A DNA stretch of 64,000 nucleotides from Polyangiales bacterium (lineage in GTDB: Bacteria > Myxococcota_A > Polyangia > Polyangiales > Polyangiaceae): NCBI GenBank assembly GCA_038231275.1, contig JBBRLQ010000002.1, positions 480,001-544,000 on the forward strand. The letters run 5' to 3'. Positions 36,101 to 44,670 of this stretch are shown one piece after another (the first letter of the stretch is position 1; every line of letters starts with the position of its first letter). Position numbers and translations under genes: made by a program. Below the pieces are notes generated by a model. The model worked only from the letters and a program-made list of their open reading frames with translations, was not told where the DNA came from and ran no database searches.

Positions 36101-39100
36101 TCAGCTCTTTTTCTTTCCGTCGGGCTCGTAGGCGCAGAAGGTCCCCGTTCGGACCGTCCAGTCCAGGTGCTGGCCGAGCTCGGCGTCGTGCTCTCCGATT
36201 TTTTTGATCGCCTCGCGAACGCGACGCTGCACCACGATGCGGGCGCGCTCCGCGGCCGAGCCGGCGCGGCGCTCTCGACCCCCGAGGCCGACCGCGCCGG
36301 CGATCTGTTGCGTGAGCGCGTCGAGCTCGTGGCGGAGGCCGGCGGCGCGGGTCGGATCGCCGAAGCCCTCGGCCTCTTCGATCTCCGCGCGCAGATCCTG
36401 GATGCGACGCTTGTAGGCGTCGCGCGCCTTGGGGTCGAGGATCTCCCCGGCGTCACCGAGGTCGACGGCGCGTCCGGCCTCCGGATCGGTCGCGAGATCG
36501 AGCGCGTGCACCTCGCGCCCCTTCTGCTCGAGGAGGCGCGCGAGCATCCCGAGGCCGCGCACGTCCTTGAGGCGGTACGCGTGGCCAGCGCGCTCGAGCA
36601 TCCACGCGTCACCGTCCTTCTTCATCGTGAAGGACGTCACCGTCGATGCCGTGCGACCGCTGCGCGGCGGCGGACCCGACGGGCGCTCCATCGCCGCGCG
36701 CGCGCGTGTCACGATCTCGGCCATGCCCAGCGGCTCGGCGAGGGCGATCGCCTGCTCGAGACGCGCGCGATCGCCCGTCCCCTCTCCCCACGTGAGGTGC
36801 ACCCACGCGAGGTGCGCCGGCGCCGCCATGCGCTCGCTCAGCGCGTGCGCGCGCTCGGCATGACGCACTCCTTCGTCCGCACGGCCGAGCATGAACGCGA
36901 CCGCGGCCTGCACGCACGCGATCGGCGGGCCACACGAGAACCCAAACGGCCCCCAGCACGAGTTCGCGTCTTCGTCCCTCGCGAACGGGCGCGCGGCGGC
37001 TTCGGCGATCTCGCGCGCGCCCGCGAGGACCGCAGTGCTCGCCAGCGAGATGCGTGACATGCGCGAGCTCATGACGCTCGTCGTGCCCATCAGATCCAGC
37101 GCAGCGAGGGCGCGCGGGCGATCGCCCAGGCGCGCGGCGACGGCGCCCGATACCCACGCGCTCAGCATCGCGCCGTCGGGGAGCGAACCGACCATACGGA
37201 GCGTCGGCGCCTCTTGCGCCTCGAGGGCGTCGGGGCGGCCGGCGAAGAGGAGCATCGTGAAGCGGTGGACTTCGATGCAGCGCTCGGCGTTCGGATCGGG
37301 CGCCTCCGCGGCGATGCGGCGCGCCTCGGCGATGAGCTCTTCGCACTCCGCGTAACGTCCGAAGGGCATCGCACGCATCGAGCGCATGAGCGGCGTCTGC
37401 CACCTGTAGCGCGGATGCCCGATCGCGTCGGCGAGGGCGGCGCGGCTGGCGATGACCGCGTCGGCGCTGGCGATGACGCCGCGCTCCATGTGATCGCACG
37501 CCAGCCGCGTGAGCGCGCGGAGCTCGAGGACGCGGTCGCCGAGCGCGCGCGCGTCGCGCAGGAGGCGCTCGTTGACCGGCACGCGCTCGGCGGGCGGCGC
37601 AAAGTCGGCGAGCGCGGCGCCGACGCCGACGTCGACCTCGAGCCGGGTTCGGCCGTCGCTCTCCCCTTCCGCCATGCGCAGCGCCTCGCGCGCGAGGCCG
37701 AGCGGCTCGTCCGGCGTGGCGCTCGGCGTGAGCGCAGCGGCGAGGCGGGCGAGGACCCGCGCGCGAAGCCGGACGTCCTCGGGCTGGTCGCCGTCGCCGA
37801 GCAAGACCAGCGCCTCTCGAAGGACGTTGACGAGCTCGCTCCGGATCTCGGCGAGCACGTACTCACCGCCTTGCCCGAGCGCAGCGCGCGCGAGGAGGCG
37901 AGCGTCTCCGGCGCGGCGCGCGATGGAGGCCGCCGCGCGGAACATGTCGCGACCACGCTCGAGGCGTCCTCCCTCGGTCGATGCCCACCCGAGCGCGAGC
38001 ATCACTTCGGCGCGCGCGCGATCGTCGATCGAGAACGCCTCGCCGATGGTCAGCGCGCGCTCCAGCAGCGTCATCGCTTCTTCGTAGGCGAGCTGCGCAC
38101 GGGCACGCTCGGCCGCGCGGCACGCCGTCCGGACCGCGGCGGCAGGATCGCCGTGAGGCAGAGCCTCGAGCGCGTGGTGCGCGAGCGTCGGGAGGAGCGC
38201 ATCGACCCCTCGCTCTACGCGCGCGCCGAGCACCGTCGCGATGGACGCGTGAATCGCGCGCGCGCGCTCCGGTAGCAGCTCACGGTAGAATGCCTCGCGC
38301 ACGAGGACGTGCGAGAACGTCCAACGATCGTCGCCGCGTCGCGCCATGAGGCCGCGCGCTGTGGCGTCGGCGAGGCGACCTTGCACGACGTCGAGAGGCT
38401 CGCCGAGGACCTCCGCGAGCAGCGCGAGCTGCGATTCGCGGCCGAACGTCGACGCGACGTCCAGCGTCGCGCGCAGCTCCGCCGGCGCTCCGGCGAGGCG
38501 CGTCTTGACGAGCGACTGAACGCCACCGCCGACCGCGACCTCGCGCAGCGCCTCGACCGACGCGCCGCGCTCGTCGGCGATCACCGCGTGCAGCGTCTCG
38601 AGCAAGAAGAGCGGGTTGCCCTCCGTGAGCTCGAAGAGGCGCGCCGCGAGGGGGCCGTCGAAGTGGCCGACCTCGTGACGTACGACCTCCGCGACGTCTT
38701 CACCCGACAGCGGACGCAGCGCGAGACCTTCGCCTTCCCGGGCGATGCGCGTCAGGACCTCGGCCACCTTGGCGGCGCGTGCCTCGACGTCGCGCCACGT
38801 CGCGACCACGGCGATTCGCGCGGCACGGAGACCTCGCGCGACGAAGGAGAGGAGCTCCAGCGTCGCGCCGTCGGCCATGTGCAGATCGTCGAACACGAGG
38901 AGGAGCGGCGCCGTGCGAGCGCGCGCGCGGAGGTACGAGCCCACCGCCTCGAACACCTCGAAGCGCTCGCGCGCAGGATCGGCGCGCGTCCCCTCGCCCG
39001 GCGCGTGGCGGGCGCCTCGGCCAAGGAGCTCGCCGACCTTCTCCGGCACCTCTGCGTCTCCGTCGGCGAGCACACCCAAGAGCTCGATCCACGGCCAATA

Positions 39101-39304
39101 GGGCGGCGCGCCACCGGTCTCCCACGCGCGCCCCCACGCCACGACGAACCCCTTGCTCCCTGCGTGCGCGGCGATCTCGTCGGCGAGGCGCGTCTTGCCG
39201 ACGCCCGGTTCGCCGTGGACGACGCGAAGCCCGCCCCTCCCGGCCGCCGCGGCGCCGAGCATCTGCTCGAGCCCCGCGACCTCCCTCGCCCGACCGATCA
39301 GCAT
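36101..39304 (-). CDS. STAND-class (AAA_16) ATPase with TPR-like region, probable transcriptional regulator
   Basis: LIGRAREV, Walker A GEPGVGKT, GAPPYWPW, Walker B LLVFDDLH, TEGNPLF; C-terminal ERAR...V...VRTGTFCAYEP domain. Confidence 0.88.
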   Translation of the reverse strand: MLIGRAREVAGLEQMLGAAAAGRGGLRVVHGEPGVGKTRLADEIAAHAGSKGFVVAWGRAWETGGAPPYWPWIELLGVLADGDAEVPEKVGELLGRGARHAPGEGTRADPARERFEVFEAVGSYLRARARTAPLLLVFDDLHMADGATLELLSFVARGLRAARIAVVATWRDVEARAAKVAEVLTRIAREGEGLALRPLSGEDVAEVVRHEVGHFDGPLAARLFELTEGNPLFLLETLHAVIADERGASVEALREVAVGGGVQSLVKTRLAGAPAELRATLDVASTFGRESQLALLAEVLGEPLDVVQGRLADATARGLMARRGDDRWTFSHVLVREAFYRELLPERARAIHASIATVLGARVERGVDALLPTLAHHALEALPHGDPAAAVRTACRAAERARAQLAYEEAMTLLERALTIGEAFSIDDRARAEVMLALGWASTEGGRLERGRDMFRAAASIARRAGDARLLARAALGQGGEYVLAEIRSELVNVLREALVLLGDGDQPEDVRLRARVLARLAAALTPSATPDEPLGLAREALRMAEGESDGRTRLEVDVGVGAALADFAPPAERVPVNERLLRDARALGDRVLELRALTRLACDHMERGVIASADAVIASRAALADAIGHPRYRWQTPLMRSMRAMPFGRYAECEELIAEARRIAAEAPDPNAERCIEVHRFTMLLFAGRPDALEAQEAPTLRMVGSLPDGAMLSAWVSGAVAARLGDRPRALAALDLMGTTSVMSSRMSRISLASTAVLAGAREIAEAAARPFARDEDANSCWGPFGFSCGPPIACVQAAVAFMLGRADEGVRHAERAHALSERMAAPAHLAWVHLTWGEGTGDRARLEQAIALAEPLGMAEIVTRARAAMERPSGPPPRSGRTASTVTSFTMKKDGDAWMLERAGHAYRLKDVRGLGMLARLLEQKGREVHALDLATDPEAGRAVDLGDAGEILDPKARDAYKRRIQDLRAEIEEAEGFGDPTRAAGLRHELDALTQQIAGAVGLGGRERRAGSAAERARIVVQRRVREAIKKIGEHDAELGQHLDWTVRTGTFCAYEPDGKKKS

Positions 39305-39473
39305 CCACGCCAGCCTACACTGCCTTCCAAGCCCTTCCAGACGCGCGGCCGCCGCGACTCGCACCAGCTTCGCGCGGTGCACCGAGATGAAGCAGCCCCA
39401 TCCCTTGGTTCGACATAAAAACAAGGCGATTCCGCGTCGAAGGCGCGGCGCGCGCATTGCAAACGGAGCGTCC

Positions 39474-40520
39474 ATGTCGAACGAAATCCCCCGTTGGGGA
39501 CGTGTCTCCGCGGACCCTCACGAATTTCTCATCCAGATGCGCGACGGCAAGATCGTCCGCAGCGGCCAAGGCCTGTCGATCTTCAAGTGGCCGAGCGACA
39601 GCGTCGCGATGGTCCCCACGTCGATCCGAAAGCTGTCCTTCCGCGCCGATCAAGTGACCCTCGAAAAGACGGGCGTCGAGGTGAGCGGCCTCGCCGTCTA
39701 CCGCGTCGCCGAACCGCTTCTCGCCTTCCGCATGCTCGACGGCGACGTCAACGCCCTCACCGACATCCTTCGCGAGATGTTCATCGGCGCCACGAGGCGC
39801 ATCGTCGCCGGGCTCACGCTCGAAGAGTGCATCACGCACCGCAAGGAGCGAGTCGCCGCCGCGCTGATGCGCGAGGTCGCGCCGCTCCTCGCCGGCGAAG
39901 GCCGCGTCGAAGACACGACCGATCTCGGCTGGGGCGTCGTGCTCGATACGATCGAAATCCAGGACGTGCGCGTCCTGTCGAAAGAGGTGTTCGCACGCCT
40001 TCAGGCTCCTTACCGCGAGAAGCTGGCGCTGGACGCGCTGCGCGCGAAGGACGAGGTCGATCGCGAAGCGGAGCTCCTGGAGATGCAGAAGCGCCGGACC
40101 GCCGAGCAGTCGCGGCGCGCGCTGATGGAAGAAGAGGAGGCGCGACTCCTCGCCCAACGAAAGCGCGACGCCGAGGCGCGCGCGCACCAAGACGAGATGC
40201 GGCGGCAGGAGCACGAAGCGGAGCTCGAACGCGAGCAGCGCGCGGTGTTGGCGGCGCGGGCGCGCGCAGAGATCGAGCTGGAGACGCGTCGCAAGGCCGC
40301 GGAGGTCGCCGCCGAGACCGTACGCATGGAGCGCGCCGCGTACGTGGACCTCAGCGAAGCACGGCTACGCGAGCTGATGATGACGCGGACGCTCCCGGAG
40401 GTCGCAGTGGCGCTGAGGGGCGCCGTCGAGCGCATCCACGTCACGACCACCGACGCGAACGTGGCGCGATTGTTCGACGTCGGCTCGGAGGTGGTCGCGG
40501 GGCTTCTGGAGAAGAGGTAA
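39474..40520 (+). CDS. SPFH/band-7 (flotillin-like) protein
   Basis: FRADQVTLEKTGVEVSGLAVYRV, WGVVLDTIEIQDV, C-terminal Glu/Arg coiled coil. Confidence 0.85.
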   Translation: MSNEIPRWGRVSADPHEFLIQMRDGKIVRSGQGLSIFKWPSDSVAMVPTSIRKLSFRADQVTLEKTGVEVSGLAVYRVAEPLLAFRMLDGDVNALTDILREMFIGATRRIVAGLTLEECITHRKERVAAALMREVAPLLAGEGRVEDTTDLGWGVVLDTIEIQDVRVLSKEVFARLQAPYREKLALDALRAKDEVDREAELLEMQKRRTAEQSRRALMEEEEARLLAQRKRDAEARAHQDEMRRQEHEAELEREQRAVLAARARAEIELETRRKAAEVAAETVRMERAAYVDLSEARLRELMMTRTLPEVAVALRGAVERIHVTTTDANVARLFDVGSEVVAGLLEKR

Positions 40521-40529
40521 GCTGGACGG

Positions 40530-41603
40530 ATGCCCTCACCGCGCCGCCGCGGCTTCCCTGCCGTGATCCCCCTCGTGGGGATGTCGTTCGCGGGCCTCGC
40601 GTGCACGGACCTCTCGCACCTCGCGACCGGAGGACCCGACGCTTCACTCGGCGACGCTGCGACGCCACTCCCTGAGGAGGGCGGCGCGATCGAAGGCGGC
40701 GTGGCGCCGTGCGGCTCGAACGAAAAGCGTTGCGACGGCGTGTGCGTCAGCAAGGACAACCCGGCCTACGGCTGCGCGGCCGACGCCTGCACGCCGTGCT
40801 CGGTGCCCTACGCCAACGACGTCACGTGCCGCGCCGGCGAGTGCGGCGCGGCGACATGCCAGACCGGCCGCGCCGACTGCAACAACCGAGGCATGGACGG
40901 GTGCGAGGCCGATCTCGGGACGCCCGCGACGTGCGGGAACTGCACGACGGCCTGCCCGTCGAACCTCGTGTGCGTCCCCGGCAGCGGCTGCCTCAGCGGA
41001 TGCCCTGGGACGCTCGTGAACTGCGACGGCGCGTGCGTCGATCTCGCGACCTCACCGAGCCACTGCGGCACGTGCAGCAACGCGTGCGCCGGCGCGCCCA
41101 ACGCGGTCCCCTCGTGCGCCGCATCCGGCTGCACCCTGACCTGCAACTCCGGCTACGACCAGTGCGACGGCGACGGCACGAACGGCTGCGAAGCGAAGCT
41201 GCCCTACTACACCGACGGCGACGCCGACGGGTATGGCACCACGCTCGCCGGCAGCGCGTGCACGCCCCCGCCCGGCAACGCGCCCAATGGCGGCGACTGC
41301 CTCGACACCAACGCCAAGGTCTATCCCGGCAACAAGACCTTCTTCGCGACCGGTTACACCATGGGCGCGACGAAGACGTCGTACGACTACGACTGCAACG
41401 GCGTCGAGGAGGAGGCGTCGCAGTCGCACGGCACCTGCGCGTCGCCGTGCAGCTACGGCTACGTTCCCGGCACGCGGACGCCGGGCCCCGGCGTGAGCAT
41501 GTACTGCGGCAGCGTGACCGCCGTGTCGTACTGCAGCAGCGGCTCGGCGAGCGGGAGCGCGGCGTGCTCCACGAGCTCGAGCAACGCGCTCGGGTGTCGC
41601 TGA
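40530..41603 (+). CDS. Cys-rich lipoprotein (myxobacterial Cys repeats plus putative metal-binding motif)
   Basis: Lipobox LAC; CDGACVDL..SPSHCGTC, DC..DG.NGCE, YTDGDADGYG...GDCLD...YPG...DYDCNG. Confidence 0.8.
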   Translation: MPSPRRRGFPAVIPLVGMSFAGLACTDLSHLATGGPDASLGDAATPLPEEGGAIEGGVAPCGSNEKRCDGVCVSKDNPAYGCAADACTPCSVPYANDVTCRAGECGAATCQTGRADCNNRGMDGCEADLGTPATCGNCTTACPSNLVCVPGSGCLSGCPGTLVNCDGACVDLATSPSHCGTCSNACAGAPNAVPSCAASGCTLTCNSGYDQCDGDGTNGCEAKLPYYTDGDADGYGTTLAGSACTPPPGNAPNGGDCLDTNAKVYPGNKTFFATGYTMGATKTSYDYDCNGVEEEASQSHGTCASPCSYGYVPGTRTPGPGVSMYCGSVTAVSYCSSGSASGSAACSTSSSNALGCR

Positions 41604-42280
41604 TGACGAGACGCCTCGTGGTGCTCGTCCCGGTCGCCACGATGATCGAGCCGGAGTGCGAGCGCGGACTGCAAGCGCTCGAAGCGCGCGGCGTCACGGT
41701 GCGTCGCGTCGGATGCCACGTCGCCATCGATCTCGGGCGCAGCACCATGGCGAGCGAGGCGTTGGCCGACGGGTTCGACGATCTCATGTGGATCGACGCC
41801 GACGTCGGCTTCGATCCCGGACACGTCGACGCCCTCCGCGCCCACGATCGTCCGTTCACGTGCGCCATCTACCCCAAGCGCGGCCGCCCCGAGCTCGCGT
41901 GCCACGTGAAGCCCGGCACGAGCGAGCTCGTCTTCGGCGAGCATGGCGGCCTCACCGAGCTCCTCTACACCGGCATGGGGTTCTGCCTCATCCGTCGCGA
42001 GGTCTTCGAGGACGTGCGCCGTACGGAGGCGCTCCCGCTTTGCAACAAGGCCAAGCCGTTCGTTCCGTATTTTTTGCCGATGGTCGTGAAGGCCGGCGAC
42101 GACGACGACTGGTACCTCGCCGAGGACTACGCCTTCTGCGAGCGCGCGCGACGCGCCGGCCACCCGGTCTTCGCGGACACGCGCCTTCGCCTCTCGCACG
42201 TTGGTCGCTACGGCTACACGTGGGAGGACGCGATGGGCGAGCGCCCCCGCTACGCGAACGTGAAGATGCAGCTGCGCTGA
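41603..42280 (+). CDS. GT-A-fold glycosyltransferase-like protein
   Basis: DxD motif LMWIDADVGF, YPKR, GMGFCLIRREVF, YLAEDYAFC, LSHVG; TGATG coupling. Confidence 0.8.
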   Translation: MTRRLVVLVPVATMIEPECERGLQALEARGVTVRRVGCHVAIDLGRSTMASEALADGFDDLMWIDADVGFDPGHVDALRAHDRPFTCAIYPKRGRPELACHVKPGTSELVFGEHGGLTELLYTGMGFCLIRREVFEDVRRTEALPLCNKAKPFVPYFLPMVVKAGDDDDWYLAEDYAFCERARRAGHPVFADTRLRLSHVGRYGYTWEDAMGERPRYANVKMQLR

Positions 42281-42298
42281 CTGGCCTGCGCGGCGGCG

Positions 42299-44668
42299 TC
42301 AGCGCTCCAGGGCCTCGAGGATGCGAAGGGCGCGGGCGGCGGCGCGCGTGCCGACCGCCTGAACCTCCGGATCGTCCTTGATGAGCGCGAGGAGCGGGCA
42401 GCGTTCGAACCAGAGGGTGTCGCAGAGGCCGTGCGCGTCGGCATCGTGCAGCATCTTCTTCGCCAGGACGGCTTCGCCGGCGGCGCACATGACCTCCGTA
42501 CGAATTTGCGCGAAGAACATCGCGCGACGCGGGACGCGGTTGCTCTGCGGGAGCGTGCGCGAGACGTCCGCCAAGATTTCCGGGGTGATCGCGCGCACCT
42601 GATTCAGTTGCGCCATCGACCGGACGCTCTGCCGGTAAGGCTCCACGACCGCGCTGCCGGTGGCGTCGAACTCGGAGAGGAACGCGGCACCGAGCGCGGG
42701 GTCGCGGCGCCACATGACGAGTCGCGCGCGCGTGATCCAGGCCATCGTGGCGTCGAAGTGATTCGCGGGGATGTCGTGAAGCAGCGCGTCGGACGCCTCC
42801 CATTCGCCCATCAACGCGCGTGTGCGCGCGATGATCACGTTGATGTGACCGAGGTGCGGCTCGAGCTCGCGCGCGCGCTCCAGCGAGGCGATCCCTTCGA
42901 GCGGCCGGCCGACCTCGACGAGCAAGCGACCGCGCAGGTCGAGCGCGTCGGGCGCCGACGGTGACCGCCGCAGGGCGGCGCGCAGCTGCTCCGCGCCGGC
43001 GACCACCTCCCCGCGGTTGATGTGGAGCGAGGCGAGGCCCACCCGCGCCTCGGCGAGCTCGGGGTCGAGCGCGAGCGCCTCTTGCACGCGCGCCATCGCG
43101 ATCTCGTCGAGCCCCTGCACTTCTTCGATCGAGAACTTTCGCACCAGCGCGAGCGCGTAGCCCGCGACGATGCGGGCGTCCTTGGGCGCGCGATGGTACG
43201 CCTGCTCCAAGAGCTCGAGGGCGCGCGCGTTCGCGGAGAACCCTGCGCGCTGGTACTCGTAGCGGCCGCGCATGTAGAGGTCGAGCGCGACCGGATCGGT
43301 CGGTGCGGCGCGCGGGGACCGGCTCGCGTCGACCGTGAGGGCGTCGCCGACCGCGCGCGCGACCTCGTCGCCCACCGCGAGGAACTCCGAGGCCGGGCGA
43401 TCGAAGCGCTTGGCCCAGAGCTGGAAGCCGTCCTCGACGGTGACGACGCGAACATGAACGCGCAGCACGTCGCCGACGCGGCGGAGGGATCCTTCCACGA
43501 CGACCTGCACGCCGAGCGCGCGGCCGACGTCACGAGGATCGCGCTCGCGCACTTCGTAGCGCGCGGTGACGCCGCGGGGGCGAACGCGCAGGCCGTCGAT
43601 GACGCTCAGGAGATCGATGATGTCGTCGAAGAGCGCGTCCGCGAGGTAGGCGTCTTCCGGGGGGCCGAGGTTGGCGAGGGGAAGGACCGCTACCGTTTTC
43701 TGTCCCGCGTCGGTCGTGGTGTGAAGCGCGACGGGCGGCGACGACGCGTTCGACGCCGACGCCGACGCCGGGAGCGTGAGGCCAGCGAGGGCGGACGCCA
43801 CGTCTTCGGCCGAGGCGTAGCGGTCGGCGCGATCGCGCGCCATGCACTTCATGACGATCGCGGCGGCGCGATCGGGGATGTCGGGCTGTACCGCGCGCGG
43901 GTCGGGCGGAGGCTTGACGAGGCGCGCGGCCGCGATCGCGACCACCGACTCGCCAGGCCACGCGACGCGACCCGTGAGGAGCTCGAAGAGCATCGCGCCG
44001 AGCGCATAGAGGTCGCAGCGCGCGTCGAGGTCGCGCTTGCCCTCGACCTGCTCGGGCGCCATGTACGCCGGCGTCCCCACGACCGAGCCGAGCGTTCGCC
44101 CCGCGTCGCCGACGGCGAGCGCGCGCGCGATCCCGAAGTCGGTGAGGAGGATCCGGCCGTCGCGCGCGACGAGGACGTTCTCGGGCTTCAAATCGCGATG
44201 GATCACGCCGGCGGAATGGGCGGCGGCGAGGCCCGCGCACACGCTGCTCGCGATCTCGACGACCGACGCGAGCGGCAGTCGGCCGCGCCGCGCCACGAGC
44301 GCGCCGAGCGCTTCGCCGTCGACCAGCTCCATCGTGAGAAACGTGTCTCCGCCTTCCGTACCGATGTCGAACGTGCGCGCGACGTTCTTGTGGGTCACGC
44401 GCCGTGCGAGCTTCACCTCTTGCCGGAAGCGCTCGACCATCCCCGGCACCGCCGCGAGCTCCTTTCGCAGCACCTTCAGCGCGACCAGCTCGTCGAGGGT
44501 GACGTCGCGCGCGCGGTAGACGCTCCCCATGCCGCCCACGCCCAGCAAGCCCAAGACTTCGTACCGGCCGCCGACGCGCGCGTGGGGGCTCACCGAAGCG
44601 GCCCCCTCCTTGTCGAGGGGCGCGGGCATCGTCGCGTCGGTGCCCAGCGAGCGCGGCGGATCGCTCAT
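42299..44668 (-). CDS. Ser/Thr protein kinase with TolB-like and TPR domains
   Basis: GVGGMGSVY, VALK, HRDLKPEN, DFG, GTPAYMAPEQ; VAVLPLANLG (TolB-like) followed by TPR helices. Confidence 0.95.
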   Translation of the reverse strand: MSDPPRSLGTDATMPAPLDKEGAASVSPHARVGGRYEVLGLLGVGGMGSVYRARDVTLDELVALKVLRKELAAVPGMVERFRQEVKLARRVTHKNVARTFDIGTEGGDTFLTMELVDGEALGALVARRGRLPLASVVEIASSVCAGLAAAHSAGVIHRDLKPENVLVARDGRILLTDFGIARALAVGDAGRTLGSVVGTPAYMAPEQVEGKRDLDARCDLYALGAMLFELLTGRVAWPGESVVAIAAARLVKPPPDPRAVQPDIPDRAAAIVMKCMARDRADRYASAEDVASALAGLTLPASASASNASSPPVALHTTTDAGQKTVAVLPLANLGPPEDAYLADALFDDIIDLLSVIDGLRVRPRGVTARYEVRERDPRDVGRALGVQVVVEGSLRRVGDVLRVHVRVVTVEDGFQLWAKRFDRPASEFLAVGDEVARAVGDALTVDASRSPRAAPTDPVALDLYMRGRYEYQRAGFSANARALELLEQAYHRAPKDARIVAGYALALVRKFSIEEVQGLDEIAMARVQEALALDPELAEARVGLASLHINRGEVVAGAEQLRAALRRSPSAPDALDLRGRLLVEVGRPLEGIASLERARELEPHLGHINVIIARTRALMGEWEASDALLHDIPANHFDATMAWITRARLVMWRRDPALGAAFLSEFDATGSAVVEPYRQSVRSMAQLNQVRAITPEILADVSRTLPQSNRVPRRAMFFAQIRTEVMCAAGEAVLAKKMLHDADAHGLCDTLWFERCPLLALIKDDPEVQAVGTRAAARALRILEALER

Positions 44669-44670
44669 CT

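Noticed and set aside
39446..39461. Sigma54-like -24/-12 element (CGGCGCG-CGCA-TTGCA) before the SPFH gene
   Set aside because: GG-N10-GC spacing is correct, but the -24 match is weak in GC-rich DNA and the implied TSS would exclude the GGAG RBS; not supportable
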